From: Octopus sinensis
Lineage: Eukaryota
Direction of reading: 5' to 3'
Length of the DNA stretch: 64,000 nucleotides
Assembly: GCF_006345805.1 (NCBI RefSeq)
Contig: NC_043003.1
Coordinates: 60,760,001-60,824,000 of the forward strand
Below are positions 1 to 45,485 of this stretch, one piece after another. Under the pieces are notes generated by a model. That model was not told the origin of the DNA. It did no database searches and worked only from the letters and a program-made list of their open reading frames with translations. Made by a program: the position numbers and the translations under genes. Each line of letters begins with the position of its first letter. The stretch's first letter is position 1.

Positions 1-171
1 GTATGCATGCATGCATTCATGTATGTATGTATGTATGTATGTATGTATGTATGTATGTATGTATGTATGTATGTATGTATGTATGTATGTCATTATTCAG
101 TTTTGTTTCAAGATTTCTTGTCAATAGAGAAAGAGCCGGTTTCTAATCTAGATCCAAGGCTCCTTCATTGG

Positions 172-285
172 AATTTCCGCTCTGCCGGTCATTCATTACA
201 ACACCTGTCTATGTTCGGATTGTCTTTGAACAGGGTCTATCCGGACTCCCGCCTTCGCCATGAGCAGAAATTAATCTCCTTATGT
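172..285 (+). mobile_element. Penelope-like element GIY-YIG endonuclease C-terminal fragment
   Basis: Encodes FRSAGHSLQHLSMFGLSL...DSRLRHEQKLI; nucleotide similarity to 63870-63980. Confidence 0.65.
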
Positions 286-1237
286 AAATATCGTTGTTTA
301 TGTAATGATCTAATTATCGTAATTTTCTATATTATTAGATATTAAATTTAAGTTTATTCGTAAGATACTACTTAGCAATAGATTTGTTATTTGATAGCAA
401 GCATACGAGGTGTACTAAGATAGGCTTTTGTTTATTAATAGTATTAATTGTAGTTTTAAATTTATAATTAAATTAGATAAACTTTGATAATCTTAGATAT
501 GTTTCGACTAAAAATTGGTCCAGGCCATGTCTAATTTAATAGCATAACTTAGTTATTTCTTTAAATTGATATTCGCTAGTTATTCCCATTGATAATTATA
601 TTTATAGTATTTATAGTATTTATTCGATACTATATTACTACGAATTGATTATTTCTAAAAGTATTTTACATAAGATTTCCGAAAGTTCGTTTAAGTTTGT
701 TTATTTGTATTTTGAAATTAGCTATTTCATCTTTAAATATGAAAAATTAAATTTATTAGGTTTTTATTATATGTGCATATATATTTATTTATAGAGATTA
801 CTTTAGATCTTAATTATAATATTTATATACATTTATATATTTTCATTGATAATTTATATATATTAGTCATTTTTAAATATTTATGTAATTAGATATAGAC
901 TAATACCGATATTAGATTATGGGTGGGTTTCCTACCTTATAAATTAAAATTAATATTTAACATTATAGTCGATTTTGATATAATCATAATTGTTAAGTTC
1001 TATGTTTCTAGTTTGATAATAGAGTTTATTATAAGTAAAATTATTATATTATTTATATCTTAAAAATATTGTTTAAATATTTCTGATTATATTTTAGATA
1101 TTTCAATTACCTGAAGATTGACTGTAACCATAACTCGAATTATTACGAATTGGACAGCCATGAAACGATCGTAGTGTTTTACTCATTATCTTTTATTAAA
1201 CTTTTAATACTTTTGATATATATTTAAAATAATATAA
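286..1237 (+). mobile_element. Extremely AT-rich probable Penelope 3' region ending in a degenerate hammerhead-like motif (1108-1176)
   Basis: Follows the endonuclease fragment; CTGAAGA...GAAACGATCGTA lies near its end. Confidence 0.4.
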
Positions 1238-1896
1238 ATTAATTAATTTTATGTATTGGCTTAAGTTTTTCATTGTTTGATTTGCCTAATAGTGGTTTTA
1301 TCTCTAATTTAATATAATATATATATGTATATATAATTGTGTTTGTATGTGTGTTTGCGAGTGTATGTGTGTGCGTGCGTGCATGTGTGTGTGTGTAGCT
1401 TACAGTATATTGATTTAGCAAGCCACCGCCATTTTCCTTTCCATCATTACATTATTCTCTTTCTTTCCTTTTGCTTCTTTTTGCTTTATATAGGCTGTCT
1501 TCCACCCCAATTCTGCTGCAACAAACTTATATTTAACTAGCCATTTATTTATTTATTTATTTTTGTATCACACATTCGCCTTTGTTTTTTATTTTTTAAT
1601 GACATTTTTGTAGTTTATTCTTTTACGAGTTATTTTTCTTCAAGTTTGAATTCCTAAAACGATATTTTTCCTTTACTGCAATTATTATAGCTATTAAAGT
1701 GTAAATTTAGCAATTATATTCTTCAGTTTTATGTAACTTTTACTCGTTTTTAATGTTCATGTCATTTTTCCGGATACGGCCATTTATTAATTTATTAATT
1801 TTGAAAAGCCATATCCTATCCCATTAACTTTAAGTAAATATTTGATGAATCACCGGACAATTATCACGGCATCATTTATGAACATTTATAAACATT

Positions 1897-2213
1897 ATGG
1901 AAGGTGTTTATAAGCCACTTAAGAAACACACAAAACCGTTAGATTCACTTCAACATTTAAATTTAATTTGTCAAAATATTTTCGTCGCTTTGAGACCGCG
2001 ACCTGTTCACTGACAAAGTTTCGTGCTACTTCGTGCAGCGCGAAGCTTTGTCAGTGAAAATATTTTGACAAATTAAATTTAAATGTTGAAGTGAATCGAA
2101 CGGCTTTTGTGTGTTTCTTAAATGGCTTATAAACACCTTCCACGCTGCAATTGTTTTCGTTCCAGCACACGATCTCAGATCAAGTCACTTGCTATGCAAG
2201 TACATCTCCGTAA
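1897..2213. mobile_element. Fold-back (palindromic) Penelope-type insertion
   Basis: Inverted arms span 1898-2142, followed by a ~70-bp tail. 10-bp TSD TATAAACATT at 1887-1896 and 2214-2223. Confidence 0.65.
1967..2017 (-). ncRNA. Hammerhead-like motif with G3-C8 core
   Basis: UUUGUCA-GUGAACA-G-GUCGC(GGUCUCAAA)GCGAC-GAAA-AUAU-UU/UGACAAA: 7-bp stem I, 5-bp stem II, palindromic stem III (AAUAUU). Confidence 0.6.
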
Positions 2214-2338
2214 TATAAACATTGTATTGTTCGAAAAGTTTACTGCTGTCTGATGATCAGCCTCATGAAACTGTGTGTAGTAATTTGTGAACTTCATCGA
2301 CTATAATCAAAACTATATGATGCATACACGCATTCATC

Positions 2339-2370
<32 letters not shown>

Positions 2371-2537
2371 CATACAAGCAAAAAACAAACATACACATGT
2401 ACAGCACTAGCGTAGTTGTTTTATATGTTGTGCTATCCATTATATAAGCTATGTGAATTAACAGATATTTTGACTTGTTTCTTCGGTCTATTATTTTATT
2501 ATCTAACTATCCGTATTTCACCCTGTTCCTTCTCTCT

Positions 2538-2567
<30 letters not shown>

Positions 2568-2568
<1 letters not shown>

Positions 2569-2842
2569 AGTTAAGTTAAGTTAAGTTAATTTGGCTCAAA
2601 AAGCAAAAAGCAAGGCCATGTAGGGGGACATGGAGTTATGTACAGGGAGGGTGTTCATGCAAAGAGTTCAGGCCATTTCTGGTCAAGAGAAACCTTGAAC
2701 CGAGCGGTCGTCGGCATCTTCACTATCCCGTCCGGCGGCTTATTCCACGGATCCGCAACCCGGACGGAGAAAGCCCCTCTCCTTCGATTGAGATGAAATC
2801 GTCGCAGATAGAGCTTTTCGGAGTGACCCCGCAGCCGACGCT
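2568..2842 (-). mobile_element. CR1-like LINE 3' end with (TTAAC)n tail
   Basis: Near-identical to 43888-44147; encodes LRGHSEKLYLRRFHLNRRRGAFSVRVADPWN. Confidence 0.8.
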
Positions 2843-2923
2843 ATATGTATATAAGGATAAGACCGTTATATAAATACCGATCTTATCAGGTGGCTAGCAT
2901 GGGAATAAAAACCTTCAAAGGTA

Positions 2924-3102
2924 ATAATTATTATTAAAATTATAATTTAGGGTATCTAAGAGATACCACCACGCTGGAGATAGCAGCCAAAACTTGACTC
3001 TTAAACCTCATTTAATTTTGTTTTGGAGTTAGGCTTTGGCTGCTATTTCCATCGTGGTGGTATCTCTTGGATACCCTAAATTATAATTTTAATAATAATT
3101 AT
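2924..3102. repeat. Inverted repeat, ~77-bp arms, 25-bp spacer
   Basis: ATAATTATTATTAAAATTATAATTTAGGGTATC...GACTC versus its reverse complement at 3026-3102. Confidence 0.9.
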
Positions 3103-3196
3103 ACATAATATATATATATGTGTGTGTATGTGTGTTTGTGTGTGTGTTTGTACACACACACATGCATACATACATACACATACATACATACATACA

Positions 3197-3228
<32 letters not shown>

Positions 3229-3398
3229 CACACATACATCCACATATACCACATATAGACATGGGCATATGTATGAATGTGTATGCATGTGCATATATGT
3301 ATGTGTGTATGTTTGTGTGTGTTTGTGTTATACATATACACACACATTATCCACATATACCACACATACACATGAATATATGCATGCATGTATATATA

Positions 3399-3432
<34 letters not shown>

Positions 3433-4020
3433 GTGTGTGTGTGTGTGTGTGTGTGTGTGCATGTATAAGTATGAATTTGTACGTACGCACACACACGCAC
3501 ACGCACACACACACACGCACGCACGCACACGCAAGCGCACACAATACTTATATATAATGCGCATATATTTAGTTTTGACCTACTTTTATCTGGAAAATAC
3601 GAGTAGGTTTCCCCTCACTGCATAGTTAGCAAGAAATTTGCACTACCTGCCCCCAAGAATCAAATATAACCTTCAGGGTGATAAATACAGATAGAATTAC
3701 GTCCGTTTATGTAAGTATCTATGTATGTTTTTTTTTCATATTAAGAGCATTACTACACGTAAATGCCTCACGCTATGAGGGACTCTTAAAGTCAAAACTA
3801 CCATAATAAATATACAGTGTATCGAACACAAAGGAATGCAACTTTGGAAGCCAACCCTTAAAAACAGATTCAGCTGCAAATCACATGACTTCACAGTTAG
3901 TTTACATAATCCACTTTCTTAATCGCCAGAACAAGCATAATCAAGACGCATAAAAAATTCACAAAATTCAAAATACCAGACAAACACCAAATGTATCCCA
4001 AAATATGTATGTATGTATAT

Positions 4021-4070
<50 letters not shown>

Positions 4071-4524
4071 ATGCATGTGCACACATACATGCATATATAT
4101 ATATGTATACATATATACGTATATATATGCACGCACATACACACACACATATATATATATGTTATATACATATATATGTGATGTTGTCTCGAACAAGACA
4201 CTTTATTTCACTTTGTACCAGCTCACTCAGCTGTAGAAATGAGTTGCAACATCACTGGTACCAAGCTGCATCGGTCTTTGCTTTTTCCTTGGATATCATC
4301 AGTGGCGTGGAGAGGGGAGGTATGCATGGGCGACTGCTGGTCTTCCATAAACAACCTTGCCCGGACTTGTGCCTCGGAGGGTAATTTTCCAAGTATAATT
4401 TCATGGTCCTTCAAAGATCGAATCTTTGAATTTCTGTGCGTTAAGATATGAAAAGTAAGAACTTCTCTATCCTGATGAGGAAGGCTCTTCTTATCCATTA
4501 CGGACATTACTGGCAACTCAAGCT

Positions 4525-5200
4525 AACTGCGGACAAGTGCGTCACCATGCATTTTGGGAGGAAAAATCCAGCTTTTACATACTCCCTCAGCAACACCAAT
4601 CTCAAGAAGACGTGATCTGGGTATTATTGTAAACAACGATGTCCGTTGAACAAACCACATCTCTAAGATTGTCAAGATGGCTGAGGGAGTGCTAGCATCA
4701 TTCAATAAGATTTTTGTCAGCCGCTCTCCAGCTATCTATTTAAAATTGTATACGACAATGGTACGTCCACAATTGGAACCCCTATTTTGCTCAGTCTGGA
4801 ACCCCTATTTTGTTCAGCTTATAAATCTCCTGGAAACTGTTTAGAAACGTGCAACAAAACGATTACCCACCGTCAAACATCTACCATACTCTGAACGTCT
4901 TGCTTCACTGGGCATGGATACATTTAAGCTCAGACGTCTGGCAACTGACTTGGTTGACACCCACAAGATTATACACCATCTTTCCAACAACAACCTTGGG
5001 CACCTTTTTGAATTCCATATGACAAACACTCGCAGACATGCTTATAAAATCAAAAACACAACAGAACACCCACGACTTTTGGAAACATTTTTTCAGGCTC
5101 AGAATTGCTGAAGCATGGAATAAACTATCCGCATCAGTTGTTAGCTGTCGAGACACTATATCCTTCAAAACTTCCATGCTTCCTAAAATCCGCCAACAGG
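4525..5200 (+). mobile_element. CR1/L2-group LINE RT remnant
   Basis: RDLGIIV...HISKIV...LYTTMVRPQLE...VWNPY...KRATK...LPYSERLASLG..L.LRRL..DL...AWNKL, with stops and frameshifts. Confidence 0.8.
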
Positions 5201-5619
5201 ACACCTGATGCCCCCACCTTTCTTTTTTTAGTTGTAGCGCACCTGTTGCCCCCACCTTTCTTTTTTTCAGTTGTAGTGCATCTGAGCACTGTATACAACA
5301 ATTTCCTTCATTATTTATTATTATATATTGTGATGAACCATATCTACCAACACTATTATGGATCTGCGAGCCTATAGAAATAGCTATTGGGCTTATAACA
5401 CCTTCTTTCACCTCTTTGTCATTTGTACTCTGTGTAAGTTGGATTTATTGATATAAACATCTACTTAAAAATTCATCATCTGGCGGCGGTGGTGGTGGTG
5501 GTGGTGGTGGTGGTGGTGGCGGTTGCGGTGGCGGTGGCGGTGGCGGTGGCAGCGGCGGCGGTGGTGATTTGCTAATGTAAACGCTTTTAACTATTATGAT
5601 AAATATGAATTTAACTCAC

Positions 5620-38518
<32,899 letters not shown>

Positions 38519-38884
38519 TTTTCGTTATATTGTATCGGTCAGTTCTGTGGATAATATATAAAATATATTTAATTTAGAAGTTTTTAAATGTCCTTTTTAT
38601 CAAAGATCTATTAATTAAATTAAACGAAACATTACCAATTCAAAATAGATAAGGCATTTGAGGCAGCGTGAGAACATTTATGTGGTTTTCGATCTCTTAA
38701 AATAGTCGCCAAAGCTTAAATTACAGCATTCTAATGTTTCAGAAATGGAAAGGAATATTCGATAATGCAATCCAAGATATGCAAGGTAAATTCGGATTGC
38801 CCGGAAGTAATCAACGATTACAATAAATAAGACATTAACATGGCATATAATAACATTTTTTTAAAATTTCACTAAAAATTTCAC

Positions 38885-39301
38885 AGGCGCAAGAGTGTCT
38901 GTGTGGTAAGTAGTTTGCTTACCAACCACATAGTTCCGGGTTCAGTCCCACTGCGTGGCACCTTGAGCAAGTGTCTTCTACAATAGCCTCGGGCCGACCA
39001 AAGTCTTGTTAGTGGATTTGGTAGACGGAAACTGAAAGAAGCCCGTCGTATATATGTATATATATATATATATATATAAGTGTGTGTGGGGGGTGTAGGT
39101 TTGTGTGTCTGTGTTTGGCTCCCCAACATCGCTTGACAACCGATGTTGGTGTGTTTACGTCCACGTAACTTAGCGGTTCGGCAAAAGAGACCGATAACAT
39201 AACTACTAGGCTTACAAAGAATAAGTCCTGGGGTCGATTTGCTCGACCAAAGGTGGTGCTCCAGCATGGCCGCAGTCAAATGACTGAAACGAGTAAAAGA
39301 G
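38885..39301 (+). mobile_element. SINE family A, full length
   Basis: Full family consensus. Confidence 0.9.
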
Positions 39302-39633
39302 CAAATCATTTCTCATTTAAAATTAAAATAGATGCTAACAATGTTGCTAGTCTGCCATTTCTTGCTGAACAACTTTCACAAATTATTTTGTTTGTTGTGA
39401 TCAGATGTATATGTTGTACATTATTAGTTCACTCCCTCCATCAAATAGACTTTGCCCGTCGGGTATCGAAATCAACGCAGAACAACGTGATATAAAGAGT
39501 TTCGCTGAAAAACACAACTCACAACCAGGCGGCCCCCCCAAATTGAAACCGCGAACTCTCACGATCGTGAGTGCAACACCTTAACCACTAAGCTATGCCC
39601 TCACAAATATGTATGTATGTTTATGCATATAAT

Positions 39634-39673
<40 letters not shown>

Positions 39674-40446
39674 TAAATATATGCATATAATTATAATATA
39701 AATAATATATATATATAGGCATATATACATACATATATGTACACAATGACATGTATATGTATGTATGTATATATATATATATGTAATATATATATATAAT
39801 ATATGCATATAATTATAATATAAATAAAAAATTAAAATATATATATATATATATTATTTATATTATAAATATGTATCTTGTATGTATCTTGATTAAGAAG
39901 CCTGGTTATTGCTCCTTTCCTCTCTCTCCAGTCCAAGTTACTGACCAAATACTGGGTCAATGTAATAGATTAATATATTTTACAGATCCAGTGACTAAAA
40001 CCAGTAAAATAATACCCACTACTCTGCAAAACAATTACCAAAAAGTCAAAGGAAAATATAACAATAATTCATGTTAACACTGGTTAGAAATGTGCAAAAA
40101 TACAATCATTTAATTCATCTACGTTGTTTATCGCAACTTATGATTGAATTATACCTGAAATTGTGGTTTCTTACACAAAACATAAGGCCAGAAACCTTTT
40201 CTTTGTGTGTGTGTATGGGGGGTAATAGGGATTAAGTACTCATAAATTTGTGTGTGTGTTTGATATATTCCTAGGTATATGTGGTACACTGTGCATTTAT
40301 TCAGGCAATGCCGATTTGATGGAGGGAGCGAAATAATGTACAGCAGATACATTTGATAACTAGAACGACTAATTCATTGCACTTAAGGTGATAGGAAGAA
40401 TAACAAGGGTTTGTACAGGCTGCCTTTGAAAGCCTGTATATCGATA

Positions 40447-40522
40447 GCTCCCATGAAAGTTTCTGGCTCCCGTGACAGTTTCTGGATCCCGTGACAGTTT
40501 CTAGCTCTCGTGACAGTTTCTG
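40447..40522. repeat. Minisatellite, 19-bp unit x ~4
   Basis: Repeats of CCGTGACAGTTTCTGGCTC. Confidence 0.85.
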
Positions 40523-40851
40523 AAAGATTGTTACAAATTTTGATACTCGAGATGGGCCCCTCTCCAGATTGTAAGTTTGGATGATATCGAGTATTAAGAG
40601 GTCATGTCAGACATGACATCACTGGTTCTTCTAAAACGGCATTTTTCGCTAGCTGTGATAGCATTTGACTTGTAGGCCTATTATTGGTACAAACAAGCCA
40701 GGTTGATAATGGTCAGATTTAAATTAAATTTGTGAAGTCCGTAACCCAATCATATCTGAAAGGATTTTGTCTCCGCTTTAACGTTTCCACCATTCAACCA
40801 CATTTAATGACCAAATAGATTAATAAAATAGCATAAGAAAATTATACTTAC

Positions 40852-40915
40852 GGTTTCTGGCTAGACAAATTGAAACTGTTCCCTCTCGTACAACAAAATT
40901 ATAGAAATGATACAG
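40852..40915 (-). other. Candidate non-coding 5' UTR exon of the dehydratase gene
   Basis: Unique sequence bounded by a cag acceptor (40918-40916) and a strong gtaagta donor (40851). Splice signals only. Confidence 0.25.
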
Positions 40916-42229
40916 CTGGTATAAACTTAGAATGATTAAACTAAAATTTTTTTTAATTGTTTCTCTTTGTCGATTATTTCTTTTTGCTGGGGTTTTTTTT
41001 TTTCGTTTTTCTTCTTCTTCTTCTTCTTTTGACTAGAGAAATTACATCAGCAAGAAATAATAAACACCATGGGAACGTTTATCAGAAAGCCATATGGAGA
41101 AGGGAAAATTGCAAAAAGATATAATTTATAGATATTAGGGAAAATAACAATCGTATTGATATCTTTTTATTTTGGTACAAGGTTAAACAATTTATGAGAA
41201 TGAATTTAATGTAGGACATAGGTCCACTGTATTTTATCGATTCTGTAGAGATAAAAACAAAAAGACGTTGAACTCAGAGAAAAGAAACAAGTCATGTGAA
41301 GTACTGAACGGGCGTTTCACTGTTTTTACCATTCCGCTGCCTGATATGAACGCTAATACTGATATCTAGAGCAGTCATGCAGCCTACTGGTTATAGTTTT
41401 GGGCTCGCGATCGTTCAGTCGTGCGTTCGATTTTAAAATCGGGCTACTTGTTGCGTTTTTAAGAACATTTAATTTTACTTTGTTCCAGTACATTTAGCTA
41501 AAACTGAGTACCAATGACACACGCGGGTTAACCCTGTCACTTGAACTCTAAGCCTCAAGGTCTCACCTTATGAGCCTGTAACCTCAAGACAGAGTTTTAT
41601 TGATTTCTAGAATCGATACGAGACCTCGCTTTTTAGAGGAGACGACCTATTCGATGAGATCGATCTCAGAACTTGACTGATACTTTATTTAATAGAATTC
41701 CGTTTGTAACGAATAAGTTTTATAGTATTCATAACACCACAAGACATGTTTCAACACCACTGTCCCATCGATTTCAAGTTGAGAATAATCAACATACACT
41801 AATAAAGTTTCTTTGGCGGTGAGCTGGTAGAACTATTAACACGTCGGACAAAATGCTTAGCAGCACTTCTTCCGTCTTTACATCCTGAGTTCAAATTCCG
41901 CCAAGGTTGACTTTACCTTTCATCCTTTAAGGGATCGATAAAATAAGTACCAGTTGAGCACTGGTCGACTTACACCATTCCCCTAAGTTGCTGGCCTTGT
42001 GCCAAAATTTGAAACCATTTTAACTGAGCTGACAGAACCGTCAGCACGCCGGGCAAAATGCTTAGCGGTATCTTGTCCGTCTTTACTTCCTATTTCAAAT
42101 TCTATCAAGGTTGACTTTGACTTTCATCCTTTCGGAATCGATAAAATAAGTACCAATCAAATATTGGGGTTCAATACTAATTTTCCTTATATCATTTTGT
42201 GATGTACCTGGACACATATTTTCTAAGGT

Positions 42230-42620
42230 CGTTGAGAGTTTCAAGTCAGTTAACAGACAGACACCTTTACTCAGGCGACCAAGCTAGGGTTGCTCAAACC
42301 CCACCTCCTGTCCAGTTAGTACTACTCCAAGTAATATTACCTCTTCTTGGGGTTGCACCTTCTGATTCAGAACCACCTTGCGGCAACCTCTGCTGTCTAA
42401 AACTCGATGTTCTTCAGCCTACAGGCTCCTGTGATGTCCAGCATGTTTTAAGTTCTGCAAAATGGGTCGCCTGCAAACACCTCTGCACCCCACCGGAATG
42501 AGATCACACATTGCATGCCACCCATTGTTTCTGTATAACTCCACCAGATGTCTTTCTCTCAGTTGTCTCTTCACCATGGTCCACCAAGAAATTGTGAAGT
42601 CCTAACAGACCATAAACCTC
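42230..42620 (-). mobile_element. HERO/NeSL-like RLE retrotransposon 3' remnant
   Basis: Frameshifted PW.E.TERK...NNGWHAMCDLIPVGCRG...LDITG...AEVAARW..IRR. Confidence 0.5.
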
Positions 42621-42764
42621 GAAGTTCAAAACCCATTAGTGTCCGTGATCGAGACATTGAACTTTCGCTGGTTTAGTACTGACACACGAAATACTTACAG
42701 CTCCAACCATAAGGAAAATTCTGTAATTTATTTTTTATATAATCAGTAGTCATCGGAAGAGAAT

Positions 42765-43055
42765 TTTTTTTTGTTCTTTTCAAGCCATGCCTGGCTCATT
42801 AGGGCCGGTTTCCCGGTTTCCTTGGCGTATAGATTCCCCACTTGGACGGGATGCCGGTCCGTCGCAGGTGAGCGGCAAGATTCAGGAGGAGTGAGAGAAA
42901 GTTGTGGCGAAAGCGTCAACAGAAGTTCGCCATTACCTGCTGCCGGAGCTTGGGTGTTTCGCTCATAAACACACACATCGCCCGTGCTGAGATTCAAACC
43001 CGCGCTCCCTCGACCGCGAATCAGCTGCTCTAACCACTAGGCCATGTGCCTCCAC
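42765..43055 (-). mobile_element. SINE family D (family-C-like head, different V-domain-like tail)
   Basis: TGGCCTAGTGGTTAG head; TGCGACGGACCGGCATCCCGTCC...GAAACCGGGAAACCGGCCC tail; second copy at 58711-59012. Confidence 0.82.
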
Positions 43056-43227
43056 TGGCAGGGAATATAGTGAACTGAATCAACTCCAGAATATGTCTGG
43101 AATCTATTTATATCCTGTTGTGGGATTTAAACTGAAAATGCAAAAAGAGCGAAGAGAATATTGAAAGTAATTTGGTTTCGTTATTCAAATGTTTTGTCGT
43201 TTTATGTCCCCAGCAGGAGTAAATTAT

Positions 43228-43418
43228 CAACAAGTAACTAATATTCTTATTTGGCTAGCAATAACAAGTTACTAATATCATTATAGCGAGTTTGTGATGT
43301 TCATAATGGCAAGTTAGTAATATTCATAATAGCAATTCAGTAATATTCTTAATAGCAAGTCAGTAATATTCTTAACAGCAAGTCAGTAATATTCTTAATA
43401 ACAAGTTATAAATATTCT
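43228..43418. repeat. Minisatellite, 23-bp unit x ~8 (degenerate)
   Basis: Repeats of AGCAAGTCAGTAATATTCTTAAT. Confidence 0.8.
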
Positions 43419-43887
43419 CTGTCAGCGGAAAATTTAATATCCAATTATAAACGTTTCGTTTATTGCATTTTAAAGCTGAAACTCTATCCTCTCACTGTGT
43501 AATCTCAAAATATTATTTAATCTAATCTCTTAAGAAAGAATGAATGAATTACATTAACACGGCTCTATGTTCGCAGAGCAAAACACAAAGTTTAAAACTT
43601 TCTAGGCAACGTACGCTAATCAGTTATAAAAGAAAGCACGCGTCTGATAAGACACATTGAAAAGACTTACAGGTGTAATTTTCACAGAGACGGTAGAGAA
43701 CACATTTTTATCTCCGTTTAATTCACATTTTCTTTATTAGTGCATTTCACATTTAGCAAGTCTAAATAAAAGACTATAGCTTTCAAAGAATTCAAACATT
43801 TAACATGTATGATTTGACAATTTGGAATGTAATATTTCCCTATTGGGAAGTAGGTTTTGGTGACATTAGAAACGTTGGAATTGTATT

Positions 43888-44310
43888 TTAAGTTAAGTTA
43901 ATTTTTTGGCTCAAAAAGCAAAAAGCAAGGCCATGTCGGGGGACATGGAGTTATGTACAGGGAGGGTGTTCATGCAAAGAGTTCAGGCCATTTCTGGTCA
44001 AGAGAGACTTTGAACCGAGCGGTCATCGGCATATTCACTATCTCGTCCGGCAGCTTGTTCCACGGATCCGCAACCCGGACGGAGAAAGCCCCTCTCCTTC
44101 GATTGAGATGAAATCGTCGCAGATAGAGTGACCCCGCAGCCGACGCTCTGGAGCAGGAGTGAAGAACAGCTCTTTCGAGAGGTTACACTTTCCGCTTATG
44201 ATGTTGTGAGCAAGAATGAGATCACCACGGCGTCGTCGTTTTTCTAGAGAATAAAGGTCGAGCGTCTTCAGCCTTTCTTCATAAGACAAATGCTTGAGAC
44301 CAAGAGTTAT
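43888..44310 (-). mobile_element. CR1-like LINE 3' end (RT C-terminus)
   Basis: LKHLSYEERLKTLDLYSLEKRRRRGDLILAHNII...RLRGH...FSVRVADPWNKLP; short (TTAAC)n tail. Confidence 0.85.
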
Positions 44311-44441
44311 TTGGTTCATTAGTTCAGACAGATGTTTCCTTTTTATCCCTCTTCGAATTTCTTCATTTATTATTCCATCTTGATCATTAAACTGCCATTA
44401 TTGTAATATCGAGCCACGTCCATATAATATCTTTACTATTC

Positions 44442-44858
44442 ACATGGCTGTGTGGTTAAGAAGCTCACTTTGCAAACCACTTGGTTTCGGGTTCAGCTCC
44501 ACTGAGCGGCACCTTGGGCAAGCGTCTTCTACTGCAGCTCCAGGCCAACCTGAGTGAATCTGGTAGACGGAAACTGTGTGGAAGCCCGTCGTATATGTGT
44601 CCGAATGTGTATTTGAACATATGTCTGAGTGTGCATCTGTTTATGTCCGTCCCCCCCCACCGCTTGATAACCAGTGTTGGTTTGTTTACGTCCCCGTAAC
44701 CTAGAAGTTGGCCAAAAGAGACAGATAGAATCAGTATCAGCGTTACAAAGAAAAAATAAGTTCTAAGGTCGATTTATTCGACTAAAACTTTTCAAAGCGG
44801 TGCTGCAGCATGGTCGCAGGCCAATGACTGAAAGACATAACAGAAGATAAAAGAAGAA
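44442..44858 (+). mobile_element. SINE family A (older)
   Basis: Diverged family consensus. Confidence 0.8.
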
Positions 44859-44955
44859 AAACGCATTTGGTAATGTTGTCTGGAAATATGAGTTGAAAGG
44901 TTTCGATCAACTAAGATTGTACACACAATGGCCAGACGGGAACTACTTACATATA

Positions 44956-45169
44956 TTCTTTTATTCCTTTATGTGTTTCAGTCATTTGACTGCGGCCATG
45001 CTGGAGCACCACCTTTAGTCGAGCAAATCGCCCCCAGGATTTATTCTTTGTAAGTCTAGTACTTATTCTATCGGTCTCTTTTGCCGAACCGCTATGTTAC
45101 GGTAACGTAAATACACCAGCATCAGTTGTCAAGCGATGCTGGGGGACAAATACAGACACACAAACATAT

Positions 45170-45208
<39 letters not shown>

Positions 45209-45366
45209 TACGACGGGCTTCTCTCAGTTTCCGCGTACCAAATCACAAGGCTTTGGTCGGCCCGAGACTATTGTAGAAGACACTTGCCCTCGGTCGTACG
45301 CTGTTGGACTGAACCCGAAACCATGTGGTCGTTAAACAAGCTACTTACCACACAGCCACTCCTACG

Positions 45367-45369
<3 letters not shown>
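44956..45369 (-). mobile_element. SINE family A
   Basis: Full family consensus; tail-to-tail with 44442-44858. Confidence 0.88.
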
Positions 45370-45434
<65 letters not shown>

Positions 45435-45444
45435 TATATATATA

Positions 45445-45485
<41 letters not shown>

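Noticed and set aside
325-1237. NUMT / mitochondrial control-region interpretation of the AT-rich tract
   Set aside because: No recognisable mitochondrial gene or tRNA; adjacency to a GIY-YIG fragment favours a retroelement origin.
2241-2282. CTGATGA-N10-GAAA motif
   Set aside because: No stem II and no UH cleavage triplet in register.
3076-4236. Numerous ORFs rich in YI, VC, HT or MYVC (here and throughout the window)
   Set aside because: These are translations of TA, CA and TATG microsatellites with no domain content.
38881-39309. Recurrent ORFs such as [32 protein letters not shown]
   Set aside because: Translations of SINE family A, not genes.
43228-43418. Possible CRISPR-like array (also 9195-9273 and 40447-40522)
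   Set aside because: Head-to-tail units without unique spacers, no cas genes, eukaryotic context.
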